Of a DNA stretch of 64,000 nt, positions 1 through 13,280 are shown one piece after another. The stretch lies in the NCBI RefSeq assembly GCF_963921235.1, contig NC_086098.1:930001-994000 (forward strand). The letters are read 5' to 3'. Numbering within the stretch: position 1 is the first letter of the stretch; each line of letters opens with the position of its first letter. The notes beneath the pieces were generated by a model. The model was not told the origin of the DNA. It searched no databases and saw only the letters and a program-made list of their open reading frames with translations. The stretch is from Mobula hypostoma (taxonomy: Eukaryota). A program made the position numbers and the translations under genes.

Positions 1-179
1 CTCACCGGTACACTCCGAAAACGGCCTGTCTGACCATGGCCGCTCCACTTGAGGCCACCTTCCTCATATTTGCAACTGAATTTAGTCCTCTGATGCTGAC
101 AGGTACTACATCTGCACAGCCGAAAAAGACTGTTTTTTCCCCAATCTGCTCCGCTTATACTCCATATATGCTGTAGACC

Positions 180-770
180 TGACCCGAGATATCCCTGACC
201 CTCTCATCTGGGAGGCAGTATGCCATCCAGGTGTCTCTTTCTTGTCCACAGAATCTGTTTTCTTCTCTCCGAACTACGTAATCCCCTCTCACTGTAGCAT
301 TCCTCTTCTACCCCACTTCCCTTCTGAGCCATGGAGACAGACTGGGTGCCAGAGATCAGGTTGCTGTGGGTTCCCCCTGGAAGGCGTCCCCACCCTATCC
401 CTCCAGCAGTATTGAATGTGGTACTGTATACTTATTACTGAGGGGAGCGGCCACAGGGGTATTCTGCACTGGCTGCCTTTTTCCTGTCCATTTCCTGACC
501 GACGGTCACCCAGATTCTTGCCTCCAGCAACTTGGGTGTGAGTACCTCTCTGTATCTCCTATCTAACACCTCCTTATTTTTCTGAATGATCCGAAGATCA
601 TCCAGCTGCAGCTCCAGTTCCTTATCACGGTTTCTGAGAAGTTGCAGCTCGATGCATTTGGTGCAGATGTAGTTATCAGGGAGACTAGAGGTCTTCCAAA
701 GCTCCCATATCTCACACAAGGAACAGACCACTAACTCCAGACCCATTCTCAACACACTAGCCATGTACTA
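180..770 (-). pseudogene. CR1 LINE ORF1 fragment (Zn-finger/coiled-coil, start of esterase domain)
   Basis: ORF 435..764 reads CSLCEIWE...YICTKCIELQLLRNRDKELELQLDDLR, typical of CR1 ORF1. The region near 200-225 resembles the CLPGARV motif seen in the other ORF1 copies in this window. Confidence 0.75.
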
Positions 771-1007
771 ACACAAAGAAAAACTCACTAGAAACTTGTT
801 TAAAATCTCTGCCTGTTCTTGCCTAAGCTTACTTATTGCGCTGAACTGCTGCTGCAAATTTGATGACACTTGTCAGTGTTAATAAACCTGATATTGAATA
901 AGATTTTTTTGACAGCTTAGAAGATTTGAAAATAAAGATTTGCTTGTTGATACACGCCATTGTTCAGCCAGATCAGAGCCTGCATTCCACTATCCCTCTA
1001 TCACTTG

Positions 1008-1200
1008 ACAGCAATTCCCGCCATCGTCTGTAAGGAGTACTCTCCATGATTGCATGGATTTCCTCCGGGTGTTCCAGTTTCCTTCTACATTCCAAAAACA
1101 TAAGTGTTAGTGGGTTAATGGGTTACATTGATGTAACTGGGTGGTACTGGCTCAATGGGCCAGTAAAACCTGTTTCTATGCAGTATCCTGAAATAAATTA
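1008..1200 (+). mobile_element. V-SINE/HE1-like SINE fragment
   Basis: Contains gtctgtaaggagt...tggatttcctccgggtgttccagtttccttctacattccaaa, resembling the conserved V-domain core. A related copy lies at ~39830-40110. Confidence 0.6.
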
Positions 1201-2471
1201 CAAAGAATTTAGTCTAGGCAGAGGGCTAATAGGAGAAAGCGATGATAAACAATACACGTAAACATAGAACATAGAAATCTACAGTATATTACCGGCCCTT
1301 TGGCCCACAATGTTGTGCTGACCATGTAACCTACTCTAGAAACTGTCTAGAATTTCCCTAGTGCATTTCCCTCTATTTTTCTAAGCTCCATGTACCTATC
1401 GAAGAGGCTCTTTAAAGACCCTAAAGTATTCACTTCCACCACCACCACCACTGGCAGTGCATTCCACACATCCACCACTCCCTATGTAAAAACTTACCCT
1501 TGACAACCCCTCGGTACCTATTTCCAAACACCCTTGTGTTAGCCATTTCAGACCTGGGAAAGAGCCTCTGACTAACCACACGAGCAATGCCCCTCATTAT
1601 CTTATGCACCTCAATCAGGTCACCTCTCATCCTCGATCGCTCCAAGGAGAAAAGGCCAAGTACACTCAACCTATCTTCATAAGGTACGCCCTTCGATCCA
1701 GGCAACATTCTTGTAAATCTCCTCTCCACTCCCTCTATAGTATCCATACCCCTCCTGTAGTGAGGTGAACAGAACCAAGATCTGACCAAGATCTTATGTA
1801 GCTGTAACATTAACTCATGACTCTTGAATTCAATCCCATGGCTGATGAATGCTAACACACCATCTACCTTCTTAACAACACTGTCACCCTCAACCTGCAC
1901 AGCAGCTTTGAGTGTCCTATCGACACGGACTCCAAGATCTCTTAGGTCCTCCACTCTGCACAAGAGTCTGACCATTTATATTACTGTATATTCTGTCTTC
2001 AAATTGGACCTACCAAAATAAGCCACTTCACACTTATCTGGGTTGAAGTCCATCTGCCACTTCTCAATCCAGTTAGGCATCCTATCGATGTCCCACTGTA
2101 ACCTCTGACAACCCTCCAAACTATACACAACACCCCCAACTTTTGTGCCATCAGCAAACTTACTAATCCACCGTTCTACTTAGAACCATAGAACACTACA
2201 GCACAGAAAACAGGCCATTCGGCCCCTCTAGTCTGTGCCGAAACTTTATTCCGCTAGTCCCATTGACCTGCACCCAGTCCATAACCCTCCAGACCTCTCC
2301 CATCCATATATCTATCCAATTTATTCTTAAAACTTAAGAGTGAGCCCACATTTACCACGTCAGATAGCAGCTCATTCCTCACTCCCACCACTCTCTGAGT
2401 GAAGAAGTTCCCCCTAATGTTCCCTCTAAATCTTTCCCCTTTCACCCTAAAGCCATGTCCTCTCATATTTA

Positions 2472-2582
2472 CATAAACACGAGGAATTCTGCAGATGCTG
2501 AAAATTCAAGCAACACACATCAAAGTTGCTGGTGAACGCAGCAGGCCAGGCAGCATCTCTAGGAAGAGGTACAGTCGACATT
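2472..2582 (-). mobile_element. Penelope-like element 3' terminal fragment
   Basis: tctgcagatgctg...gcagcaggccaggcagcatc...cagtcgaca matches the reverse complement of the Penelope ends at 57325-57385 and the copy at 46540-46605. Confidence 0.7.
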
Positions 2583-3800
2583 AGGAAACCCCAAGGCATT
2601 CTTCAATTATGTGAAGAAAAAAAGGATGACAGGAGTGAAGGTAGGACCGATTAGAGATAAAGGTGGGAAGATGTGCCTGGAGGCTGTGGAAGTGAGCGAG
2701 GTGCTCAATGAATACTTCTCTTCGATATTTACCAATGAGAGGGAACTTGATGATGGTGAGGACAATATGAGTGAGGTTGATGTTCTGGAGCATGTTGATA
2801 TTAAGGGAGAGGAGGTGCTGGAGTTGTTAAAATACATTAAGACAGATAAGTCCCCAGGACCTGACGGAATATTCCCCAGGCTGCTCCACGAGGTGAAAGA
2901 AGAGATTGCTGAGCCTCTGGCTAGGATCTTTATGTCCTCGTTGTCCACGGGAATGGTACAGGAGGATTAGAGGGAGGCGAATGTTGTCCCCTTGTTCAAA
3001 ACAGGTAGTAGGGATAGTCCGGGTAATTATAGACCAGTGAGCCTTACGTCTGTGGTGGGAAAGGTGTTGGAAAAGATTCTTAGAGATAGGATCTATAGAC
3101 ATTTAGAAAATCATGGTCTGATCAGGGACAGTCAGCATGGCTTTGTGAAGGGCAGATCGTGTCTAACAAGCCTGATAGAGTTCTTTGAGGAGGTGACCAG
3201 GCATATAGATGAGGGTAGTGCAGTGGATGTGATCTATATGGATTTTAGTAAGGCATTTGACAAGGTTCCACATGGTAGGCTTATTCAGAAAGTTAGAAGG
3301 CATGGGATCCAGGGAAGTCTGGCCAGGTGGATTCAGAATTGGCTTGCTGCAGAAGGCAGAGGGTGGTGGTGGAGGGAGTAGATTCAGATTGGAGGATTGT
3401 GACTAGTGGTGTCCCACAAGGATCTGTTCTGGGACCTGTACTTTTTGTGATTTTTATTAACGACCTGGATGTGGGGGTAGAAGGGTGGGTTGGCAAGTTT
3501 GCAGACGACACAAAGGTTGGTGGTGTTGTGGATAGTGTAGAGGATTGTCAAAGATTGCAGAGAGACATTGATAGTATGCAGAAGTGGGCTGGGAAGTGGC
3601 AGATGGAGTTCAACCTGGAGAAGTGTGAGGTGGTACACTTTGGAAGGACAAACTCCAAGGCAGAGTACAAAGTAAATGGCAGGATACTTGGTAGTGTGGA
3701 AGAGCAGAGGGATCTCGGGGTATATGTCTACAGATCCCTGAAAGTTGCCTCACAGGTGGATAGGGTAGTTAAGAAAGCTTATGGGGTGTTAGCTTTCATA
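2583..3800 (+). pseudogene. Internal CR1 ORF2 (RT) fragment without a 3' tail
   Basis: ORFs 2611..2970, 2992..3381 and 3327..3806 give [26 protein letters not shown] and KFADD. Nearly identical to 23127-24012 plus 25293-25624. Confidence 0.9.
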
Positions 3801-4494
3801 TGTTAGCTTTTATGATGTGTGTTCTTCTCATATTTATCTCTCCTAATCTAAGTGGAAAGAGCCTACTCACATTTTCTCTGTCTATACCTCTCATAATTTT
3901 GTAAACCTCTATCAAATTGCCCCTCATTCTTCTACACTCCAAGGAATAAAGTCCTAACCTGTTCAATCTTTCCCTGTAACTCAACTCCTGAAGACCCGGC
4001 AACATCCTAGTAAATCTTCTCTGCACTCTTTCAATCTTACTGATATCTTTCCTATAGTTAGGTGACCAGAACTGCACACAACACTCCAAATTTGGCCTCA
4101 CCAATGTCTTATACAACCTCCCACTAACATCCCATCTCCTATACTCAATACTCAATACTTTGATTTATCATCCAGGTCATTTATAAAAATCACAAAGAGT
4201 AGTGGTCCCAGAACAGATACCTGCGGAACACCAATGGTTACCAATCTCCATGCAGAATATGAACTGTCTAAAACCACACTTTGTCTTCTGTGGGCAAGCC
4301 AATTAAGTTTCACAAAGGAAGGTCTCTTTGGATCCTACACCCCTGAAGGAGCCTTGCATGGGGAACTCTATCAAATGCCTTACTGAAATCCATATACACT
4401 ACATCCACTGCTCTCCCTTCATCAATGTGTTTTCTTATATCCACAAAAAATTCAATCAGGCTTGTAAGGCATGACCTGCCCTTGACAAAGCCAT

Positions 4495-7354
4495 AGGTTT
4501 TCAAGGGATATTGGAAACTTGGTTTGGAAAAAGAGAGAGATTTACCATAAATATAGGCAGCTTGGAGTAAATGAGATGCTCGAGGAATATAAAGAATGTA
4601 AAAAGAATCTTAAGAAAGAAATTAGAAAACCTAAAAGAAGATATCAGGTTGCTTTGGAAAGTAAGGTGAAAATAAATCCAAAGGGTTTCTACAGTTATAT
4701 TAATAGTAAAAGGATAGTGAGGGATAAAATTGGTCCCTCAGAGAATCAGAGTGGACGGCTATGTGCGGAGCCAAAAGAGATGGGGGAGATTTTGAACAAT
4801 TTCTTTTCTTCTGTATTCACGAAGGAGAAGGATATTGAATTGCGTAAGGTAAGCGAAACAAGTAGGGTATTTATGGAAACTATGATGATTAAAGCAAAGG
4901 AAGTACTGGTGCTTTTAAGGAATATAAAAGATAGCGTAGAGGATTGTCAAAGATTGCAGAGAGACATTGATATGATGCAGAAGTGGGCTGAGAAGTGGCA
5001 GATGGAGTTCAACCCAGAGAAGTGTGAGGTGGTACACTTTGGAAGGACAAACTCCAAGGCAGTGTACAAAGTAAATGGCAGGATACTTGGTAGTGTAGAG
5101 GAGCAGAAGGATCTGGGGGTATATGTCTACAGATCGCTGAAAGTTGCCTCACAGGTGGATAGGGTAGTTAAGAAAGCTTATGGGGTGTTAGCTTTTATAA
5201 GTCGAGGGATAGAGTTTAAGAGTCGTGATGTAATGATACAGCTCTATAAAACTCCGGTTAGGCCACACTTGGAGTACTGTGTCCAGTTCTGGTCGCCTCA
5301 CTATAGGAAGGATGTGGAAGCATTGGAAAAGGTTCAGTGGAGATTTACCAGGATGCTGCCTGGTTTAGAAAGTATGCATTATGATCAGAGATTAAGGGAG
5401 CTAGGGCTTTACTCTTTGGAGAGGAGGAGGATGAGAGGAGACATGATAGAGGTGTACAAGATGATAAGAGGAAAAGATAGAGTGGATAGCCAGCGCCTCT
5501 TCCCCAGGGCACCACTGCTCAATACAAGAGGACATGGCTTTAAGGTAAGGAGCGGGAATTTCAAGGGGGATATTAGAGGAAGGTTTTCTACTCAGAGAGT
5601 GGTTGGTGCGTGGAATGCACTGCCTGAGTCAGTGGTGGAGGCAGATACACTAGTGAAGTTTAAGAGACTACTAGACAGGTATATGGAGGAATTTAAGGTG
5701 GGGGCTTATATGGGAGGCAGGATTTGAAGATCAGCACAACATTGTGGGCCGAAGGGCCTGTACTGTGCTGTACTGTTCTATGTTCTATAAGTCTCCGGGT
5801 CCTGACAGGATATTCCATAGGACCTTGAGGGAAGTTAGTGTGGAAGTAGCAGGGGCTCTGACAGAAATATTTCAAATGTCATTGGATGGTGCCGAAGAAT
5901 TGGCGTATTGCTCATGTTGTTCCATTGTTTAAAAAGGATCCCAAGAGTAAACCTAGCAATTATCGGCCTGTGAGTTTGACGTCAGTGGTGGGTAAATTGA
6001 TGGAAAGTATTCTTAGAGATGGTATATATAATTATCTGGATAGATAGGGTCTGATTAGGAACAGTCAACATGGATTTGTGCATGGAAAGTCATGTTTGAC
6101 AAATCTTATTGAATTTTTTGAAGAGGTTACTAGTTGACGAAGGTAAAACGGTGGATGTTGTCTATATGGACTTCAGTAACGCCTTTGACAAGGTTCCGCA
6201 TGGAAGGTTCAAGTTAGGAAGGTTCAATCGTTAGGTATTAATATTGAAGTAGTAAAATGGATTCAGCAGTGGCTAGTTGGGAGATGCCAGAGAGTAGTGG
6301 TGGATAACTATTTGTCAGATTGGAGGCCGATGACTACTGGTGTGCCTCAGGGATCTGTACGGGATCCAATGTTGTTTGTCATATATATTAATGATCTGGA
6401 TGATGGGGTGGTAAATTGGATTAGTAAGTATGCAGATGATACTAAGATAGGTGGAGTTGTGGATAATGAAGTAGGTTTTCAAAGATTGCAGAGAGATTTA
6501 GGCCAGTTAGAAGAGTGGGCTGAAAGATGGCAGATGGAGTTTAATGCTGATAAATGTGAAGTGCTACATTTTGGTAGGACTAATCAAAATAGGACATACA
6601 TGGTAAATGGTAGGGCATTAAAGAATGCAGTAGAACAGAGGGATCTAGGAATAATGGTGCATATTTCCCTGAAGGTGGAATCTCATGTGGATAGGGTGGT
6701 GAAGAAAGCTTTTGGTATGCTGGCCTTTATTAATCAGAGCATTGAGTATAGGAGTTGGGATGTAATGTTGAAATTGTATAAGGCATTGGTAAGGCCAAAT
6801 TTGGAGTATTGTGTCCAGTTCTGGTCACCGAATTATAGGAAAGATGTCAACAAAATTGGGAGAGTACAGAGAAGAATTACTAGAATGGTACCTGGGTTTC
6901 ATCTCCTAAGTTACAGAGAAAGGTTGAACAAGTTGGGTCTTTATTCTTTGGGGCGTAGAAGTTTGAGGGGGGACTTGATAGAGGTATTTAAAATTATGAG
7001 GGGGATTGATAGAGTTGACGTAGTTAGACTTCTTCCATTGAGAGTGGGGAAGATTCAAACAAGAGGACATGGGTTGAGAGTTAGAGGACAAAAGTTTAGG
7101 GGTAACATGAAGGGGAACTTCTTTACTCAGAGAGTGGTAGCTGTGTGAAATGAGCTTCCAGCAGAAGTGGTTGAGGCAGGTTCATGTTGTAATTCACAGT
7201 TAAATTGGATAGCTGTATGGACAGGAAAGGAATGGAGGGTTATGCACTGAGTGCAGGTCGGTGGGACTAGGTGAGAGTAGGAGTTCGGCACGGACTAGAA
7301 GGGCCAAGATGGCCTGTTTCTGTGCTGTAATTGTCATATGGTTATATGGTTATA
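4495..7354 (+). mobile_element. 5'-truncated CR1 (GGTTATAT-tail subfamily), interrupted at 4930-5787
   Basis: RT ORF 6297..7148 (KYADD). Tail gtcatatggttatatggttata. Very similar to the copy at 34617-37397. Confidence 0.9.
4930..5787 (+). mobile_element. CR1 3' fragment (TTCTATG-tail subfamily) nested in a CR1
   Basis: Host reading LLRNIK|VDKSPGPD is broken at 4930 and resumes at 5787 (ataagtctccggg). The insert ends in a gggccgaagggcct stem-loop plus ttctatgttcta. Confidence 0.9.
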
Positions 7355-7424
7355 CTGACAGTCCCTAGTCAGATTATGTCTCTCCAAATGCTCATAAATC
7401 CTGCCTCTTAGGATCTTCTCCAAC

Positions 7425-10400
7425 AGAAGACAGAGAAAGAGAGGAAGTCCTGAAGAAATATTACTGGGAGCTAGGAAGAAAATTGAAAAGCCAGACCTCC
7501 AGAGTAATAATATCAGGATTGCTGCCTGAACTGCACGCTAATGATGGTAAGAATAGCAGAATTAAGCAGATGAATGTGTGGCTAAGTAACTGGTGCAGGG
7601 GGCAGGGCTTCAAATTCTTGAATCATTGGGATCTATTTTGGGGAAGGTATGACTTGTACAAAAAAGATGGATTACACCTGAACTCAAAAGGTACTAATAT
7701 CCTGGCAGGATTGTTTAATATAGCTGTTAGGAAGGGTTTAAACTAAGTTGGCAAGGGGAAGGAAACCAAGGTGTTAGGGTCGAGGAAGAGGAAAATAGAA
7801 ATAAGTCAAAAATACTGTGCAGCAAAGATGGCAAGAAGGACAGACCGGTGAATATACAGGATAATTTGCTGCAAAATAGAAATATAGCAAAATCGGCAAC
7901 AGATACTGATCTAAATGTACCATACTTAAGTGCACACAGCATTAGAAATAAAGTGGATGACCTTGCTGCACAGCTGCAGGTTAAAAGATATGACATTGTG
8001 GCCATCACCGAGTCATGGCTAAATGATGGATGTGATTGGGAGCTGAATATCCAAGGATACACAGTGTATAGGAAAGATAGGAAGGTAGGTAAAGGGGGTG
8101 GCGTGGCCCTGATGGTAAGTAACGATATCAAATCAACAGAAAGAAGGGACATAGGATCAGAAGAGGTAGAATCCTTATGAGTAGAATTAAGAAATGGCAA
8201 GGGTAAAAAGACACTAATAGCAGTTATATACAGGCCTCCAAACAGCAATCAGGATGTGGACTACAGGTTGCAGCTGGAAATAGAAAAAGCGTGTCAGAAG
8301 GAAAATGTTAGGATAATTATGGGGGATTTTAATATGAAAGTGGATTGGGAAAGTCAGGAAGGTAATGGATCTCTGGAGAGGGAGTTTGTAGAATGCCTAC
8401 AGGATGGCTTTTTGGAGCAGCTTGTCCGGAAGCCCACCAGGGGATCGGCTGTTTTGGATTGGGTGCCGTGTAATGAACCTGAGGCGATTAGGGAGCTGGA
8501 GGTAAAGGAACCCCTTGGAAGTAGTGATCATAATATGATTAAGTTCAGTTTCAAATTTGAAAAGGAGAAGCTGGTATCAGGAGTATTGCTATTTCAGTGG
8601 AACAGGGGAAATTACAGTGGTATGAGAGAGGAACTGGCCCAAGTCAGTTGGAAAAGTAAACTAAATGGAGGGACGACAGAGCAGAATTGGATGAAATTCC
8701 TACAAGAAATAAGGAAAATGCAGGAAAAATATATTCCAAGAAAAAAGAAAATCATGAATGGAAAAATGGCACATATGTGGCTAACGAGAGAGGTTAAGTC
8801 AAAAATAAAAGCAAAAGAAATGGCGTACAAGGGAGCAAAAATTAGTGGGAAAAATGAGGACTGGAAGACTTTTAAAAACTTACAGAAGGAAACTAAGAAA
8901 GTCATTAGGAAAGAAAAGATGAATTATGAAACGAAGTTGGCGATTAACATAAAAAAGGATACTAAGAGTTTTTTTAAATATATGAAGAGTAAAAAAAGAG
9001 TGACAAGGGTAGATACGGGACCAATTGAAAATGATGCCGGAGAAATTATAATGGATAACAAAGAGATGGCGGAGGAACTGAATGAATATTTTACATCAGT
9101 CTTCACAGTGGAAGACATGAGCAATATACCTGATAGCCAGAGGTATCAGGGAATAGAATTAGGTACAGTCAAGATTACTAGAGAGAGAGTGCTTGGGAAG
9201 CTAAATGGTCTAAGAATAGATAAGTCTCCTGGTCCGGATGAGGTGCACCCAAGGGTTCTGAAGGAGGTGGCTTTGGGGATTGTGGAAGCATTGGAAATGA
9301 TCTTCCAGGAATCAATAGACTCTGGCATGGTTCCGGAGGACTGGAAGGTCGCAAATGTAGTTCCGCTATTTAAGAAAGGAAGGAGGCAGCAAAAAGAAAA
9401 TTACAGACCTATTAGTCTGACATCGGTAGTTGGAAAGATATTGGAGTCAATCCTCAAGGACGAGGTTATGAAATACCTCGAGGTGCATGTCAAGATAGGC
9501 AGAAGCCAGCATGGTTTCTTCAATCTACATGTAGATTGGGTGAACCAAATTGGTAAGGGTGCTGAGGAAGAGGACTTCTTGGAATGTATGTGGGATGGTT
9601 TTTTGAACCAACATGTCGAGGAACCAACTAGAGAGCAGGCTATTCTGGACGGGGTATCGAGCAATGAGGAAGGGTTAATTAGCAATCTTGTCGTGAGAGG
9701 CCCTTTGGGTAAGAGTGACCATAATATGGTGGAATTCTTCATTAAGATGGAGAGTGACATAGTTAATTCAGAAACAAAGGTTCTGAACTTAAAGAAGGGT
9801 AACTTTGAAGGTATGAGACGTGAATTAGCTAAGATAGACTGGCAAATGACACTTAAAGGGTTGACGGTGGATATGCAATGGCAAGCATTTAAAGATCGCA
9901 TGAATGAACTACAACAATTGTTCATCCCAGTTTGGCAAAAGAATAAATCAAGGAAGGTAGTGCACCCGTGGCTGACAAGGGAAATTAGGGATAGTATCAA
10001 TTCCAAAGAAGAAGCATACAAATTAGTCAGAAAAAGTGGCTCACCTGAGGACTGGGAGAAATTCAGAGTTCAGCAGAGGAGGACAAAGGGCTTAATTAGG
10101 AAGGGGAAAAAAGATTATGAGAGAAAACTGGCAGGGAACATAAAAACTGACTGTAAAAGATTTTATAGATACGTGAAAAGAAAAAGATTGGTTAAGACAA
10201 ATGTAGGTCCCCTACAGACAGAAACAGGTGAATTGATTATGGGGAGCAAGGACATGGCAGACCAATTGAATAATTACTTTGGTTCTGTCTTCACTAAGGA
10301 GGACATAAATAATCTTCCGGAAATAGTAGGGGACAGAGGGTCCAGTGAGATGGAGGAACTGAGGGAAATACATGTTCGTAAGGAAGTGGTGTTAGGTAAA

Positions 10401-13280
10401 TTGAAGGGATTAAAAGCGGATAAATCCTCAGGGCCAGATGGTCTGCATCCCAGAGTGCTTAAGGAAGTAGCCCAAGAAATAGTGGATGCATTAGTCATAA
10501 TTTTTCAAAACTGTTTAGATTCTGGACTAGTTCCTGAGGATTGGAGGGTGGCTAATGTAACCCCACTTTTCAAAAAAGGAGGGAGAGAGAAACCGGAGAA
10601 TTATAGACCGGTTAGTCTAACATCGGTGGTGGGGAAAATGCTAGAGTCAGTTATCAAAGATGTGATAACAGCACATTTGGAAAGCGGTGAAATCATCGGA
10701 CAAAGTCAGCATGGATTTGTGAAAGAAAAATCATGTCCGACGAATCTCATAGAATTTTTTGAGGATGTAACTAGTAGAGTGGATAGGGGAGAACCAGTGG
10801 ATGTGGTATATTTGGATTTTCAAAAGGCTTTTGACAAGGTCCCACACAGGAGATTAGTGTGCAAACTTAAAGCACACGGTATTGGGGGTAAGGTATTGAT
10901 GTGGATAGAGAGTTGGTTGGCAGACAGGAAGCAAAGAGTGGGAATAAACGGGACCTTTTCAGAATGGCAGGCAGTGACTAGTGGGGTACCGCAAGGCTCA
11001 GTGCTGAGACCCCAGTTGTTTACAATATATATTAATGACTTGGATGAGGGAATTAAATGCAGCATCTCCAAGTTTGCAGATGACACGAAGCTGGGCGGTA
11101 GTGTTAGCTGTGAGGAGGATGCTAAGAGGATGCAGGGTGACTTGGATAGGTGAGGTAAGTGGGCAAATTCATGGCAGATGCAATTTAATGTGGATAAATG
11201 TGAAGTTATCCACTTTGGTGGCAAAAACAGGAAAACAGATTATTATCTGAATGGTGGCCGATTAGGAAAAGGGGAGGTGCAACGAGACCTGGGTGTCATT
11301 ATACACCAGTCATTGAAAGTGGGCATGCAGGTACAGCAGGCGGTGAAAAAGGCGAATGGTATGCTGGCATTTATAGCAAGAGGATTCGAGTACAGGAGCA
11401 GGGAGGTACTACTGCAGTTGTACAAGGCCTTGGTGAGACCATACCTGGAGTATTGTGTGCAGTTTTGGTCCCCTAATCTGAGGAAAGACATCCTTGCCAT
11501 AGAGGGAGTATAAAGGAGGTTCACCAGATTGATTCCTGGGATGGCAGGACTTTCATATGATGAAAGACTGGATGAACTAGGCTTATACTCCTTGGAATTT
11601 AGAAGATTCAGGGGGGATCTGATTGAAACATATAAAATCCTAAAGGGATTGGACAGGCTAGATGCAGGAAGATTGTTCCCGATGTTGGGGAAGTCCAGAA
11701 CGAGGGGTCACAGTTTGAGGATAAAGGGGAAACCTTTTAGGACCGAGATTAGGAAAAACTTCTTCACACAGAGAGTGGTGAATCTGTGGAATTCTCTGCC
11801 ACAGGAAACAGTTGAGGCCAGTTCATTGGCTATATTTAAGAGGAAGTTAGATATGACCCTTGTGGCTAAAGGGATCAGGGGGTATGGAGGGAAGGCTGGT
11901 GCAGGGTTCTGAGTTGGATGATCAGCCATGATCATACTGAATGGCGGTGCAGGCTCGAAGGGCCGAATGGCCTACTCTTGCACCTATTTTCTATGTTTCA
12001 AGAAGATCCTGCCTCACCAACCTATTGGAATTTTTTGAGGTAATCTTGAATAAGATTGACAAGGGAGAGGCTGTGGATGTTGTGTATTTGGATTTTCAAA
12101 AGGCCTTCGATAAGGTGCCGCATATGAGGCTGCTTAATAAGATGAGAGCCCATGGAATTATAGGAAAGATATTGAAATGGGTGGAGCATTGGCTGATAGG
12201 CAGAAAGCAAAGGGTGGGAATAAAGGGATCCTATTCTGATTGGTTGCCGGTTACTAGTGGTGTTCCGCAGGGGTCGGTGTTGGGGCCGCTTCTTTTTACG
12301 ATGTATATCGATGATTTGGATTATGGATTAAATGGTTTTGTGGCTAAGTTTGCGGATGACACCAAGATAGGTGGAGGAGCGGAAAATGTTGAAGAAACAG
12401 AAAGGTTGCGGAGAGACTTAGTCAGTTTGGGAGAGTGGGCAAAGAAATGGCAGATGAGATACAACGTTGACAAATGTACGGTTGTACATTTTGGAAGAAG
12501 AAATAATCGGGCAGATTATTTTTTAGATGGGGAGAAAATTCAAAAATCGGAAGTGCAAAGGGACTTGGGGGTCCTCGTGCAGGATACCCTAAAGGTTCAC
12601 CACCAAGTTGGATCGGCGGTAAGGAAAGCAAATGCTATGTTGGCATTCATTTCAAGAGGAATAGTATATAAGAGTAAGGAGATGTTGATGAGGCTCTATG
12701 GGGCATTAGTGAGACCTCATTTGGAATACTGTGTGCAGTTTTGGGCCCTCTATCTTAGAAAGGATGTACTGATGTTGGAGAGAGTTCAGAGAAGATTTAT
12801 GAGGATGATTCCTGGAATGCAGGGGCTAACATATGAGGAGCATTTGTTTGCTCTTGGACTGTATTCATTAGAGTATAGAAGAATGAGAGGGGATCTCATA
12901 GAAACATTTCGAATGTTGAAAGGGTTGGACAGAGTAGATGTGGAAAGGTTGTTTCCCTTGGTGGGTGAGTCCAGGACAAGAGGCCATAGTCTTAGAATTA
13001 GAGGGTACCCAGTTAAAACAGAGATGAGGAGAATTTTTTTTAGCCAGAGGGTCGTGGATTTGTGGAATTCGTTGCCACATACAGCTGTGGAGGCCCGATC
13101 ATTGAGGGTGTTTAAGGAGGAGATTAACAGGTATCTAATTAGTCAGGGTATCAAGGGATATGGGGAAAAAGCTGGAAATTGGAACTAGATGGGTGAATAG
13201 TTTAGCTCATGGGGGAGCTGCGGAGCAGACTCGATGGGCCGAATGGCCTACTTCTGCTCCTTTGTCTTGTGATCTTGTGA
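7425..13280 (+). mobile_element. CR1 LINE (ORF1 C-terminus + ORF2; TCTTGTGA tail), interrupted at 9518-11999
   Basis: ORF1 esterase end (DGLHLN, 7483..7746), APE endonuclease (ITESWL, MGDFN, SDH), RT in 12000-13188 (KFADD), tail tcttgtgatcttgtga. Confidence 0.9.
9518..11999 (+). mobile_element. 5'-truncated CR1 (TTTCTATG tail) nested in a CR1
   Basis: Starts at FNLHVDW (endonuclease) directly after host SQHGF. Has its own RT (KFADD) with stops near 11151 and 11511 and tail tttctatgtttc. The host resumes at RSCLTNLL. Confidence 0.9.

Larger units (their letters stand above)
2181..4168 (-). mobile_element. 5'-truncated CR1 (pieces 2181-2471 and 3826-4168) nested in the host CR1
   Basis: Tail agaaccatagaac at 2181. 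ORFs 2254..2466 and 3796..4155 are consecutive RT C-terminal segments, separated by an insert with TSD tctcatattta. Confidence 0.8.

Noticed and set aside
4519..5727. 402-aa ORF as an RT-less CR1 variant
   Set aside because: Chance in-frame fusion at 4930. The missing host RT segment resumes at 5787.
9401..10021. Long antisense ORFs opposite CR1 ORF2 (this one and many similar)
   Set aside because: Ser/Leu/Phe-rich shadow frames of purine-rich LINE coding strands, with no independent motifs.
8256..11153. 965-aa ORF with apparently duplicated endonuclease/RT domains, as a novel protein
   Set aside because: It is an in-frame junction at ~9518 between a host CR1 and a nested CR1. Both have stops elsewhere, and the host resumes at 12000.
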